64,000 nt of DNA, taken from a virus. The position numbers and the translations under genes are program-made. Shown here one piece after another: positions 49,782 to 59,365 of the stretch. The notes under the pieces are model-generated. The model did not search any database. It worked only from the letters and a program-made list of their open reading frames with translations, and was not told the DNA's origin. The stretch lies in the IMG/VR virus record IMGVR_UViG_3300042348_000780. One strand, given 5' to 3'. The first letter of the stretch is position 1; every line of letters starts with the position of its first letter.

Positions 49782-51128
49782 ATGATTGATGTGAATTTAT
49801 CTGGTGATGAAATTGATCGTAAAATAAAAGAACTTGTTCAATTAAAAAGAAAACAAACAAAAAAATGGATTCGAGGAAAAGATACAATTCAATATGCTGG
49901 CAATTACTTTGATGATGAAGAATTTATTGCTGGTATAGATTGTTTTCTTGATGGTTGGTTGGTTCTTGGAGATCATGGTCTTCGTTTCGAAAGACAATTC
50001 AAAGAAAAACTTGGAAAACAACACGGTGCATTAGTAAATAGTGGATCAAGTGCTAATCTTTTAATGATTACTGCATTAAAATCTAAAAGACTTTATAATT
50101 TTGGTCCAGGGACAAAGATAATTACTCCTGCCGCTGGTTTTCCAACAACAATTAATCCAATTATCCAAAATGGTTTTCAACCAGTTTTTGTTGATATTGA
50201 AGTAGATACTTTAAATCTAAATTTAGATCAAGTTGAACAAGCAGCAAAAAATGGTGCTAAAGTTCTTGCATTTGCACATGTACTTGGTAATCCACCTAAT
50301 ATGGATAAGTTAATGGAGATTGTTGATAAGTATAATCTTATTCTTCTTGAAGATTGTTGTGATGCTCTTGGTAGTAAATATGATGGTAAATTACTAGGAT
50401 CTTTCGGTCAATTTGCATCATGTTCGTTTTATCCTGCACATCATATTACAATGGGAGAAGGAGGATTTGTTGCATCTAAAACTGATGAACAAGATACAGT
50501 AATTAAAAGTCTTCGTGAATGGGGAAGAGGTTGTTATTGTTCTGGTAAGGGTGCTTCTTGTCTTCGAAATGGAATGTGTAAGAAGAGATTCAGTGAATGG
50601 TTGCCAAGTTTTCCTGGAGTAATATTTGATCACAAATATGTCTATGAAGAGATTGGTTATAATCTAAAACCAATTGAAATGCAAGCGGCAATAGGATTAG
50701 TTCAACTTAAGAAGTTAGATAAGATTATTGAACTTCGAAAGAAAAATTTTAATCGTCTATACCAAATTTTTTCAAAATATGATAAGATTTTTCATCTACC
50801 AAAAGCAACTGAAAAATCAGATCCTTCTTGGTTTGCTTTCCCATTAACAGTTAAAGATGGAGTATATCTTAAACGAAATGAATTTACTATGTATCTTGAA
50901 GACAATAAGATACAGACTAGAAATTATTTTGGTGGAAATGTTCTTCTTCAACCAGCATATGAAGGAATTTATTCTGGTAATGCAAAGAAAGATTTTCCAG
51001 TCGCAACAAAAGTTACTACTGACACATTTTTTTTAGGGACTAGTCCAGTCATAACAGACGAACAACTAGATTATATTGAAGATGTAGTTACAACTTATTT
51101 TAATAATTCTACAAATTATAGCGTATAA
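49782..51128 (+). CDS. rfbH: CDP-4-keto-6-deoxyglucose 3-dehydratase-like enzyme (RfbH/DdhC, PMP- and [2Fe-2S]-dependent)
   Basis: VNSGSSANL; EDCCDA; SFYPAHHITMGEGG (His replaces the DegT-family Lys); WGR.CYC..C; DHKY.Y.EIGYNLK. Confidence 0.88.
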   Translation: MIDVNLSGDEIDRKIKELVQLKRKQTKKWIRGKDTIQYAGNYFDDEEFIAGIDCFLDGWLVLGDHGLRFERQFKEKLGKQHGALVNSGSSANLLMITALKSKRLYNFGPGTKIITPAAGFPTTINPIIQNGFQPVFVDIEVDTLNLNLDQVEQAAKNGAKVLAFAHVLGNPPNMDKLMEIVDKYNLILLEDCCDALGSKYDGKLLGSFGQFASCSFYPAHHITMGEGGFVASKTDEQDTVIKSLREWGRGCYCSGKGASCLRNGMCKKRFSEWLPSFPGVIFDHKYVYEEIGYNLKPIEMQAAIGLVQLKKLDKIIELRKKNFNRLYQIFSKYDKIFHLPKATEKSDPSWFAFPLTVKDGVYLKRNEFTMYLEDNKIQTRNYFGGNVLLQPAYEGIYSGNAKKDFPVATKVTTDTFFLGTSPVITDEQLDYIEDVVTTYFNNSTNYSV

Positions 51129-51131
51129 ATA
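51124..51131 (+). promoter_or_regulatory. Late promoter TATAAATA upstream of the GT2-TPR gene
   Basis: Exact consensus overlapping the rfbH stop, then an AAGGA RBS. Confidence 0.65.
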
Positions 51132-51149
51132 AGATAAAGGATCTTAATT

Positions 51150-52358
51150 ATGCATCGACTTTCTTTGTCAATGATTGTAAAAAATGAATCACATGTGATT
51201 CTAGAGTGTCTTAATTCAGTATATAAACTTATAGATTATTGGGTAATAGTTGATACAGGATCAACAGATGGAACCCAAGATATTATCAAAAACTTCTTTC
51301 AAGAGAAAGGCATTCCTGGAGAATTACATGAAAAGGAATGGAAAGGTTTTGGTAAATCAAGAACAGAAGCATTAGATCTTTGTAAGGGTAAAGCAGAATA
51401 TGCTTATATGATCGATGCAGATGATTATCTACATGGTGAATTCAAATTACCACCAGGAAATAAAGTTGATTCATATGCTCTTCGTCTAGGAAGAGAAGAA
51501 TTTTCTTGGTGGAGAAATCAAATATTCAAAGTAGATGCTGAATGGGAATACGTTGGTGTTCTTCATGAATACGCTCGTTCTAGAGCAAAAGAACAACCAA
51601 TCATAGCAAAGCTTGAAGGTAATTATAGGGTAGTCGCTCGCACTGTTGGTGCAAGAAATGTTGGCATTACACCTGTTGAAAAATATACAAAAGATGCCGA
51701 GACATTAGAGAAGGCTCTTATAGATGAACCAGATAATATTCGATATATGTTTTATCTGGGTCAATCATATTTTGATTCACAACAGTGGGAAAAAGCAATT
51801 GATGCTTATATGAGAAGAGCCGAAAAGGGTGGATGGGGTGAAGAAGTATATTATTCTTTATATCGAATTGCAGTAGCCAAGGCCATGTTAAATCGTCCAT
51901 GGGGTGAAATCATGGAATCATTTTTGCTTGCCTACAATTCAAGACCAATTCGAGCAGAGCCACTATATCATATTGCTCAAATCTATCGTACAAAGTTTAA
52001 CATGCCTGCAATCGCCTATATGTTCGCAAAGGCAGCATCAGATATTCCATTTCCAGAAGGAGATATCTTATTCGTACCTGATATGATGTACAATTATGCA
52101 ATATTAGATGAATTGGCTGCTACAGCACATGCAGCAGGACAATTTCAATTAGGATATGATGTTTGCCGTAGACTATTACTTGAAAATAAGATTCCAAAAT
52201 CAGAGATTCCACGAATTCAAGGTAATTTGGAACAATATGCACATATATTGGAACAGATGAAGAAACAACAGGCTGCTTTTCAACAACAGATGAAACAAAT
52301 GGAGCCTGATCCAGAACCAGAAAAAAAGAAACAAATAAAATACAAAGAACGTAAATAA
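51150..52358 (+). CDS. GT2 glycosyltransferase with TPR repeats (protein O-glycosyltransferase architecture)
   Basis: LSMIVKNE...CL.S; VDTGSTDGT; IDADD; W.YVGVLHE; TPR segments RYMFYLGQSYFD, EEVYYSLYRIA, P.RAEPLY. Confidence 0.85.
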   Translation: MHRLSLSMIVKNESHVILECLNSVYKLIDYWVIVDTGSTDGTQDIIKNFFQEKGIPGELHEKEWKGFGKSRTEALDLCKGKAEYAYMIDADDYLHGEFKLPPGNKVDSYALRLGREEFSWWRNQIFKVDAEWEYVGVLHEYARSRAKEQPIIAKLEGNYRVVARTVGARNVGITPVEKYTKDAETLEKALIDEPDNIRYMFYLGQSYFDSQQWEKAIDAYMRRAEKGGWGEEVYYSLYRIAVAKAMLNRPWGEIMESFLLAYNSRPIRAEPLYHIAQIYRTKFNMPAIAYMFAKAASDIPFPEGDILFVPDMMYNYAILDELAATAHAAGQFQLGYDVCRRLLLENKIPKSEIPRIQGNLEQYAHILEQMKKQQAAFQQQMKQMEPDPEPEKKKQIKYKERK

Positions 52359-52361
52359 AAG

Positions 52362-52390
52362 ATAAAAACCCGCAAGATGCGGGTTTTTAT
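52362..52390 (+). terminator. Rho-independent terminator ending the glycosylation island
   Basis: aaaaacccgca-aga-tgcgggttttt. Confidence 0.85.
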
Positions 52391-52395
52391 AAATA
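52388..52395 (+). promoter_or_regulatory. Late promoter TATAAATA fused to the terminator tail
   Basis: Exact consensus, followed by AGGAGA and the ATG at 52413. Confidence 0.75.
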
Positions 52396-52412
52396 GCTGT
52401 ATAGGAGACTCC

Positions 52413-52739
52413 ATGCCAAAGAAATTCGGAATCGCAATCACAAATCCATCGGCAATGTATACTGTAGGACATATTGCAGCAACTGCGGACACCTACACTT
52501 CTGCAAATGCTCATGTTACTGGTACAAGTACTGGTGCTTTAAATGATGGTGTTTTAGTAAAGAATGTTGGTCCTCTTGATATAAAAGTTGCATTTAGCGG
52601 TGCGACTCATGGTTCAGATACAGGATTTATTCTTGGTCAAGCTGAACAGATTTTTGTCGAAACAGCAAGTTTATCATCAGTCATTGTTAAAAATAATACA
52701 GCATCTGAAGGTATTACATTTAGCGTCTACGCAAACTAA
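52413..52739 (+). CDS. Small beta-rich virion accessory protein (paralog 1 of 3)
   Basis: GVLVKN...GFIL...IFVE; RBS supports the start at 52413. Confidence 0.65.
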   Translation: MPKKFGIAITNPSAMYTVGHIAATADTYTSANAHVTGTSTGALNDGVLVKNVGPLDIKVAFSGATHGSDTGFILGQAEQIFVETASLSSVIVKNNTASEGITFSVYAN

Positions 52740-52747
52740 GGATTCAC

Positions 52748-53080
52748 ATGGGATTTAAAAACGATTTTTTAAATTATCCTGTAAAAGTATTTTTCTCAAA
52801 TACAATACGTAGTGGTGATGCAAATGATTTTGTTGTTATTACAACAGATGTATTAAATGTAAATACATCACTAGCAAATGTCGGTTTCCTAATAAAAAAT
52901 ATAGGAACCGATTCTGATTGTTATTTTTTTGTCAAACACTCTAATAACAATCACGGTAGTAATACTGGATTTAGAGTCAATATTGGAGAAAGTATTTTTG
53001 TAGAGTGTAATAATATATCTGATGTTTATATAAAATCAAATACGGCTCAAGAAATTTCATATCAAGTAATTGGAAATTAA
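52748..53080 (+). CDS. Small beta-rich virion accessory protein (paralog 2 of 3)
   Basis: GFLIKN...TGFRV..GESIFVE. Confidence 0.65.
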   Translation: MGFKNDFLNYPVKVFFSNTIRSGDANDFVVITTDVLNVNTSLANVGFLIKNIGTDSDCYFFVKHSNNNHGSNTGFRVNIGESIFVECNNISDVYIKSNTAQEISYQVIGN

Positions 53081-53089
53081 AGGAAAAAC

Positions 53090-56000
53090 ATGTCAAAAAA
53101 TCCTGGAAGTATTTCAGAGCAAAAAAGTCCACAGACTTATATTCCATCTGCAAATCCATATAATTTAAGTAATGTTGGAGCACCAACACAATATAATAGT
53201 GCTACTGTACCAGTGACTTATAATGGTTTTAAATGGAGTTTTAGTTCTCCTGTGACATGGGGTAGATTTGTTTCTGGAGAACCATATATTATTCTTCCTG
53301 CCGCTGGTGTTATGGTAACTGGTGTATCTTATGAAAATACACCTGGTGTTTATGAAAATTGTCCAATTCTAAAAACTGGTTACACCAGTGAGGCTGGTCA
53401 ATTAAATAATGTTGGTATTACCATGTGGGTAAATGGTTCCATGAAGAATCCAGTTCCGTGGTATCATATTGAATTATTAAATTGGTCATTAGCAACAATT
53501 GGTACTACCATCCAAAAATGGTCATATGATGAAAGATATAGCAATAATATTAATTTAATTAAGGGATGGACAGTAATAAAGGATATAGATGAATCAAAAT
53601 TCCCAATGAGTGAATTTTTACGATTCCCAGTTGGTTTGTCTGCTGGTGATGTTCTTGTTACCACAAAATCAAATTTCAATGCAAATTGGCAACAAAGCAA
53701 TAGGCCACAGGGGGTGGCTAGATTTGTTGCTTTTACTGATCCATGGATGAGTCGTTTAGGTATAGAAAAATATGGAATTTTAACATCCATACCACAAGGT
53801 AAAGGTCCAACCTATGCTGATTGTTATAGACCACCTGTAATGTGGAATGGATCTTCATTCTCTGATAGACCAATATTCTATCGTAGAGATATGGTGAAGA
53901 ATACAGAAGATTACTTGTTGAGTATCCCTGAGAAAAATGTTTATGGCGAAGATATAAATTTGAATAGCACAAGTATTCAACAAGAATTCAATAATTGGAA
54001 TGACAAGATCACCAATTATTGGAAATCTTCAGTTATGCCATATCATTCCCATCACCATCGTCAAGGTGCTGTTGGTGCTTATGATGTTTACAACTCAACA
54101 CCAAATGAAACAAAATATGGTTATCACGGCTATAGCTGTAAAATTATCGATCAGACTGCACAATCAATATTTGTTCCTTGGGTATCAAGGACAAATAGAC
54201 AAAAAGCCTTAGATAAATTTACACAATATGGTATAGATAGCTGGGGGATGATTAATGCTGGTGGTGCTGCTGCTGGTAACGGTGGTCATAATCAAGGTAT
54301 ATTTGTTCCATCATTAGCATTTTTAGGTTGGGTGTATGATAGAAATGATATCAAACAATGGCACAATAATAAACAATTATTAGATAAGTTAAAATCAACA
54401 CAAATTCACCAAACAACTGGTGCTTCTATACCTGGTATTTCTGGTGGAAGATGGGCTATAGGACAAATACAAGTTCCTTCCGACTTTTATGTAAAATCTC
54501 TTGTTTCCCAAGATTACAACCAAAGAGTCAAACTTTTTGGTTCAGCCGTTACAAATAAGCAAGGATTTACTCATGCTACACTAACTAATTCAGATATTGA
54601 TCTATATCATGGTTTAACATATCCAAGTGTAGCATCAGGAGCAACTGGTGAGGGGTGGGGATATAAGCTGACAGGTATAACCTGTGCATTTGCATATAGT
54701 GTTCCATCATTAGAACTAACTGGTCAAATTGTTTCAGGTAATTTCGGTGTTATTGTTGCTCATAGAGACTTTGTTGGTAGACTTAATGGACTTGGACCAA
54801 AATCAAATAAATCTGGTCCAGCAGAATTACCATTGAAGTTGAATTCAAATGGCTACTTGATGAAGAAAGGTTTTCATTCAGAAGATGATGTTACTGATTA
54901 CTGGGGCTTTACATCACAAACATTAGTTGGTTCAAAGATAAAAATAACTTCTGGTCCTGGTGCTGGAAATACAGCATATGAAATTCTAGATGTAAAAAAT
55001 ACTTTCGTAGATAGAGGAAGTCTTCAGGCTGGTGATGAAGAAACAGAACAAACAGTAACAAACACAAACCTACAAAAATTACAATATGCTTCATTTATAT
55101 TGGATCGTGATTTCGATGATAATGTTGTTCCTACAAGTGAATCAACATTTAAGATTTATCCAGCTGAAAATAATTACTCAGGGTGGGGATTCTATGCAAA
55201 TCCATGGTTACAAGGATACACATACAATATGAATCTTACAACCATATACAATCAACATAACTACAATGATATTGCAGATGAAAATATCATGAAGTTTGCA
55301 GCAATGTATAATTGGTTAGGTATCACTCACGAACAATATATGGTTGATTATATCAAGGATCTATATTGGAATACAGCCATTCCATCATATATAAGACGTA
55401 GAAAAATTTTAGGTGGACCATATCTAGGTTCATTATATGATTCTTCAAATATAGTTGGTGGCAACGTAATTGTTCAAATGTTAGGAATTACTGGCGCAAC
55501 ATTCTTACCAAGATCAATAAATTTGAATGATTTGGCTGGAATCAACGACACAGTGCCTGCTTTAGATTTAAATGGAATTACACTTGAATTTATTCCTGAA
55601 CCAATTACAAATTATACAGTAGTAAATGGAAGTGGAATAAGTTATTCTGGCTACGGTAAGATATTCAATACTCCACAGACACCGTTTAAGATTGATGCAA
55701 TTATCGATGATAAGATTTTCATTAATCCATCATTCTCATCATTGTACACTTTAATTAGCAGATTCAAGGCAAAGAATGGTCCTTTCTTGAGTGATGATTT
55801 GATCACCGAAACACAAGAAACAGACAATCAATATAAAGACAGATATGCAATTTATAACTTTTTAAGTAAGAGAGATTTTACTAATGTCAACAATGTAGTA
55901 AGTAGTGCTGAATATTTAAGAAATATTCCATCACTGCAAACTTTAAATCAGACAAATACTAAATTAAATCTTACCTTTATTAGTAATCAATATGGAGTTG

Positions 56001-56926
56001 CTGGTGCAGCTGGCATATTACCAAATAATGGTGAAACTAATCTATTAACTACCTCCTATGGTATGAGAGCGATTACTAGAAATGGCAATTTGCTCATAAT
56101 AGTGATGGATACAGAGACAGTGCGTGGAACTATAGATTTAAATGATATTTGGTACTGTGTTGCAAATCCAACAATTGCTGTTGGAGCCACTGCAATGGCA
56201 GATGAATATATCATTTCAAATTGGAAGAAGGCAGAGAATGTATTTGGTTATTTTGCTGGCACTAATATTGGCTTCTACACAAATGATCTTCCTGCATCTG
56301 GATCATTGATACCAAACTATAATCCAAGTGCAACCGATGATAAATTAATATTCTTCAAATATTTAACAAAATTAAATATTGCAGATACTCAAAATATGAT
56401 TTCTGTTGTACCAGCTCCAACTGGTATTACACAATCACAATGGAGTAATATTAATTCAATAAATTATGCTGGTTGGACATTCTCAGATGCCTATAAGATT
56501 CATAAGATAGATTCAATAATAACAAACAATACCCCAGGAAATGCTGGTTATTTTAGATACAACTTCATTAATTCAACAGCAAATGATTATAGAAGATATG
56601 CATATAATACATTTAGATTGTGGTATAATAACTTTATTGACATGGAAACCATCCGTGGTATTCCAACATTCAGTATAAGACAAGAAGTTGATACTAATGT
56701 CTTTGAACAGATGGATATGTCGGTCGAGAAGTTAACATTGAATGAAACCATATTGAGTAATGAATTCTATAATCCAAAGGGTAGAAATATTTTAAATTCT
56801 GGTGTTATAGGTAGTGATTATGAACATAATGGATTCTATAACACATATATTCATGGACTTACATTCAATTTATTACTTCCACAGACTCCACATACATTGT
56901 TATGGTGTTCAGGGGCTACAATTTAA
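53090..56926 (+). CDS. Large (1278 aa) hypothetical, probably virion-associated, protein
   Basis: Long ORF with an AAGGA RBS in a late unit; rich in aromatic residues, Gly and Asn; many G-X-T motifs. Confidence 0.7.
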   Translation: MSKNPGSISEQKSPQTYIPSANPYNLSNVGAPTQYNSATVPVTYNGFKWSFSSPVTWGRFVSGEPYIILPAAGVMVTGVSYENTPGVYENCPILKTGYTSEAGQLNNVGITMWVNGSMKNPVPWYHIELLNWSLATIGTTIQKWSYDERYSNNINLIKGWTVIKDIDESKFPMSEFLRFPVGLSAGDVLVTTKSNFNANWQQSNRPQGVARFVAFTDPWMSRLGIEKYGILTSIPQGKGPTYADCYRPPVMWNGSSFSDRPIFYRRDMVKNTEDYLLSIPEKNVYGEDINLNSTSIQQEFNNWNDKITNYWKSSVMPYHSHHHRQGAVGAYDVYNSTPNETKYGYHGYSCKIIDQTAQSIFVPWVSRTNRQKALDKFTQYGIDSWGMINAGGAAAGNGGHNQGIFVPSLAFLGWVYDRNDIKQWHNNKQLLDKLKSTQIHQTTGASIPGISGGRWAIGQIQVPSDFYVKSLVSQDYNQRVKLFGSAVTNKQGFTHATLTNSDIDLYHGLTYPSVASGATGEGWGYKLTGITCAFAYSVPSLELTGQIVSGNFGVIVAHRDFVGRLNGLGPKSNKSGPAELPLKLNSNGYLMKKGFHSEDDVTDYWGFTSQTLVGSKIKITSGPGAGNTAYEILDVKNTFVDRGSLQAGDEETEQTVTNTNLQKLQYASFILDRDFDDNVVPTSESTFKIYPAENNYSGWGFYANPWLQGYTYNMNLTTIYNQHNYNDIADENIMKFAAMYNWLGITHEQYMVDYIKDLYWNTAIPSYIRRRKILGGPYLGSLYDSSNIVGGNVIVQMLGITGATFLPRSINLNDLAGINDTVPALDLNGITLEFIPEPITNYTVVNGSGISYSGYGKIFNTPQTPFKIDAIIDDKIFINPSFSSLYTLISRFKAKNGPFLSDDLITETQETDNQYKDRYAIYNFLSKRDFTNVNNVVSSAEYLRNIPSLQTLNQTNTKLNLTFISNQYGVAGAAGILPNNGETNLLTTSYGMRAITRNGNLLIIVMDTETVRGTIDLNDIWYCVANPTIAVGATAMADEYIISNWKKAENVFGYFAGTNIGFYTNDLPASGSLIPNYNPSATDDKLIFFKYLTKLNIADTQNMISVVPAPTGITQSQWSNINSINYAGWTFSDAYKIHKIDSIITNNTPGNAGYFRYNFINSTANDYRRYAYNTFRLWYNNFIDMETIRGIPTFSIRQEVDTNVFEQMDMSVEKLTLNETILSNEFYNPKGRNILNSGVIGSDYEHNGFYNTYIHGLTFNLLLPQTPHTLLWCSGATI

Positions 56927-56937
56927 CAGAGGATAAT

Positions 56938-57255
56938 ATGTCAAAAAATATAACACAAGTCATAAATCCACCGAAATTAATGATAACATTGTCTTTATCG
57001 AATGATGATTTTCAATATTTGACAGATTTAGTTTCTGTTGATTTTAGTTCAATAAATAATGGTGTTTTCATCAAAAATAATTCAACTGTTTCTGGTCAAA
57101 ATGTTTCTGTAAAAATTGCCAATGTTACAAACGTAGCAAATACAATTGAATTAATTAATGATGATAATATTTTTATTGAACTTGATACTATATCGAATCT
57201 TCAATTAAAGGGTGATTCGACTACACCAAGATCAGTAAGTATTTTTGTTAATTAA
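56938..57255 (+). CDS. Small beta-rich virion accessory protein (paralog 3 of 3)
   Basis: NGVFIKN...DNIFIE; GAGGA RBS before the ATG at 56938. Confidence 0.65.
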   Translation: MSKNITQVINPPKLMITLSLSNDDFQYLTDLVSVDFSSINNGVFIKNNSTVSGQNVSVKIANVTNVANTIELINDDNIFIELDTISNLQLKGDSTTPRSVSIFVN

Positions 57256-57268
57256 TTAGCAAATTCAT

Positions 57269-57304
57269 GAAAACACGGAGAAGAAATTCTCCGTGTTTTC
57301 TTTT
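57269..57304 (+). terminator. Rho-independent terminator
   Basis: gaaaacacggagaa-GAAA-ttctccgtgttttc followed by a T run. Confidence 0.88.
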
Positions 57305-57311
57305 ATAAATA
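57304..57311 (+). promoter_or_regulatory. Late promoter TATAAATA
   Basis: Exact consensus, 6 nt before the ATG at 57318. Confidence 0.75.
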
Positions 57312-57317
57312 TTCATA

Positions 57318-58484
57318 ATGCCTTTAAATTTTCCAGCAAATCCTATGACTGGTGCTACATTTTCATTTGAAAATGTGTCATGGACATATAATGGATATGC
57401 TTGGCAGAGATTAGTTGGTCCAACTGGAGCAATAGGTCCAATTGGTCCAACTGGATCTCAAGGTATTCAGGGTCCAACAGGTCCAACAGGATCTCAGGGT
57501 CCAACAGGTCCAACAGGATCTCAGGGTATTCAGGGGCCAACAGGTCCAACAGGATCTCAGGGTATTCAGGGTCCAACAGGATCTCAAGGTGTATCAGGTG
57601 CAATAAGTTTTACTTCATCAACTACAGCACCCGCAGGAGCCACATACGGCGATATGTGGTTCAACACCACAAGCGGAAATATATTTGTTTATATTACAGA
57701 CGGAACATCTTCCTATTGGGTTGAACCATTTGGTCCTCAAGGAGCAACAGGTGCTAATGGAACAAATGGAGTAAGTGGTGCTACTGGTGCTACAGGAGCA
57801 ACAGGTTTTCAAGGTAATACTGGTGCAACAGGTTCTCAAGGTGTTACAGGTGCCACTGGTCCCCAAGGTGCAACAGGTACCGCAGGTTCAGGTGTTGCTG
57901 GTAACAACGATGTCGGTGTGATGTATTTGAAAAATAATGCTGTCGAGACAGTAATTTCCGTAATCAACCAGCGTCAGGTTGTTTCGGGAACTATGCAAAC
58001 GGGAGCCTTATACAATTTTATCAAAGATCCCTCGACTAACTCGTTAAAATATACAGGTAGTGGTGGAAGATTCCATGCTATAGCAACCTTCGACTTTTTT
58101 AGCGAAGTTAGCAACAACACATGTGGATTCTACATCGGAAAGAACACAGATCCTGCTAGTGGTCTGAGTGCGGATGCTGACAGAATCTCGGAATCAGAAA
58201 TTTATGTTGACTGTTCATCATCGTCTAAACCAGTTGCGGGTGCTATTCAGACAATAGTTGATCTTGAGACGGATGATCGTATCTTCTTTATTGTGCAGAA
58301 CAAAAGTGCCGCAAAGAATATTACTGTTGAGTTTATGAAGTTTATAGCAGTTCCCTTGACATCCGAACGCGGAGCAACGGGAGCAACAGGTGCAACTCCA
58401 ACAAATATTGTAAATTCCGTCAACGGTCAAACAGGTGCAGTTCAATATATCGTAGACTTCAAGAGAGGATGGTTCTTCCTATGA
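57318..58484 (+). CDS. Collagen-like fibre protein
   Basis: MPLNFP.NP...W.Y.G..W N-terminal module; GPT/GSQ/GIQ and GAT triplets; GDMWFN...YWVE; SVNGQTGAV. Confidence 0.8.
   Translation: MPLNFPANPMTGATFSFENVSWTYNGYAWQRLVGPTGAIGPIGPTGSQGIQGPTGPTGSQGPTGPTGSQGIQGPTGPTGSQGIQGPTGSQGVSGAISFTSSTTAPAGATYGDMWFNTTSGNIFVYITDGTSSYWVEPFGPQGATGANGTNGVSGATGATGATGFQGNTGATGSQGVTGATGPQGATGTAGSGVAGNNDVGVMYLKNNAVETVISVINQRQVVSGTMQTGALYNFIKDPSTNSLKYTGSGGRFHAIATFDFFSEVSNNTCGFYIGKNTDPASGLSADADRISESEIYVDCSSSSKPVAGAIQTIVDLETDDRIFFIVQNKSAAKNITVEFMKFIAVPLTSERGATGATGATPTNIVNSVNGQTGAVQYIVDFKRGWFFL
57417..57590 (+). repeat. Collagen-coding tandem repeat (9-bp units ggtccaaca / ggatctcag / ggtattcag)
   Basis: Read directly; the same units occur at 61664-61945. 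Confidence 0.85.
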
Positions 58485-59365
58485 GAAGATGGCGATTAAA
58501 CTCTGGTTACAATGGAACAACAGATCAACGCCGAACTCAGGCGGGAACCATTCCTATGTTGAAGCATTACATGGAGAGAGATGTGGGATTGTTTTTTAAT
58601 ACTGTTGCTGTTGGGTGGACGCCTGCCAATCTTACTTCTATTGCTTGTTGGTTAGACGCAGCAGACATAAACACAATCACCCTTAATGAAACTACTGTTT
58701 CTCAATGGAACGACAAGAGTGGAAACGAAAGACACGCAACACAAGCGAATGCAGCAAATCAACCAACATATATTTCTAATGGAATGAACTCATTAGGACT
58801 CATTGATTGGGATGGTTTAAACGATTCAATGACGATAAGTGGAGGAATAACACCATTACATTCAGAATTATCGGGAGACAATACTTATAGCATGGCATGG
58901 GCAGTAAAGCCAGATACAATCAGCGGTCAAGAAGTTTTGCTTTATGTGCCAGAAGGTAGTTGGAAATTCTTAGTTGAAATCAAAAGTGATGGAGGATTGT
59001 ATTGGGGAGATACTACATCCAACTACAGAACATATAATGGAGGATCATTCTTCGTAATTAATACTGGAACTTTCTTTACGCTAATCAAGACAGGATTGGG
59101 TGCTGGAACTGCCCATGTAGGAGGAACCCTCAACACTAGTTTTACAAATAATGGTGGTCTGGGTGATACTCCTTCATTAGGCGCAGCATTTATTTTGGGT
59201 CAATATCCTGGTCTATTCTACAATGGTAAGATGGCAGAAATCATTATATCAAATTATTCTTGGGATACACCTGAAAGACAACGAGTCGAAGGATATCTTG
59301 CACACAAATGGGGATTACAAGCAAATCTTCCCAATGATCACCCGTACAAATCCTCCGCACCATAA
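58481..59365 (+). CDS. LamG/concanavalin A-like domain virion protein (paralog A)
   Basis: WTPA...WLDAAD...WNDKSGN..HATQ....QP; G.MAEII; [17 protein letters not shown]; ATGA overlap places the start at 58481. Confidence 0.7.
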   Translation: MRRWRLNSGYNGTTDQRRTQAGTIPMLKHYMERDVGLFFNTVAVGWTPANLTSIACWLDAADINTITLNETTVSQWNDKSGNERHATQANAANQPTYISNGMNSLGLIDWDGLNDSMTISGGITPLHSELSGDNTYSMAWAVKPDTISGQEVLLYVPEGSWKFLVEIKSDGGLYWGDTTSNYRTYNGGSFFVINTGTFFTLIKTGLGAGTAHVGGTLNTSFTNNGGLGDTPSLGAAFILGQYPGLFYNGKMAEIIISNYSWDTPERQRVEGYLAHKWGLQANLPNDHPYKSSAP

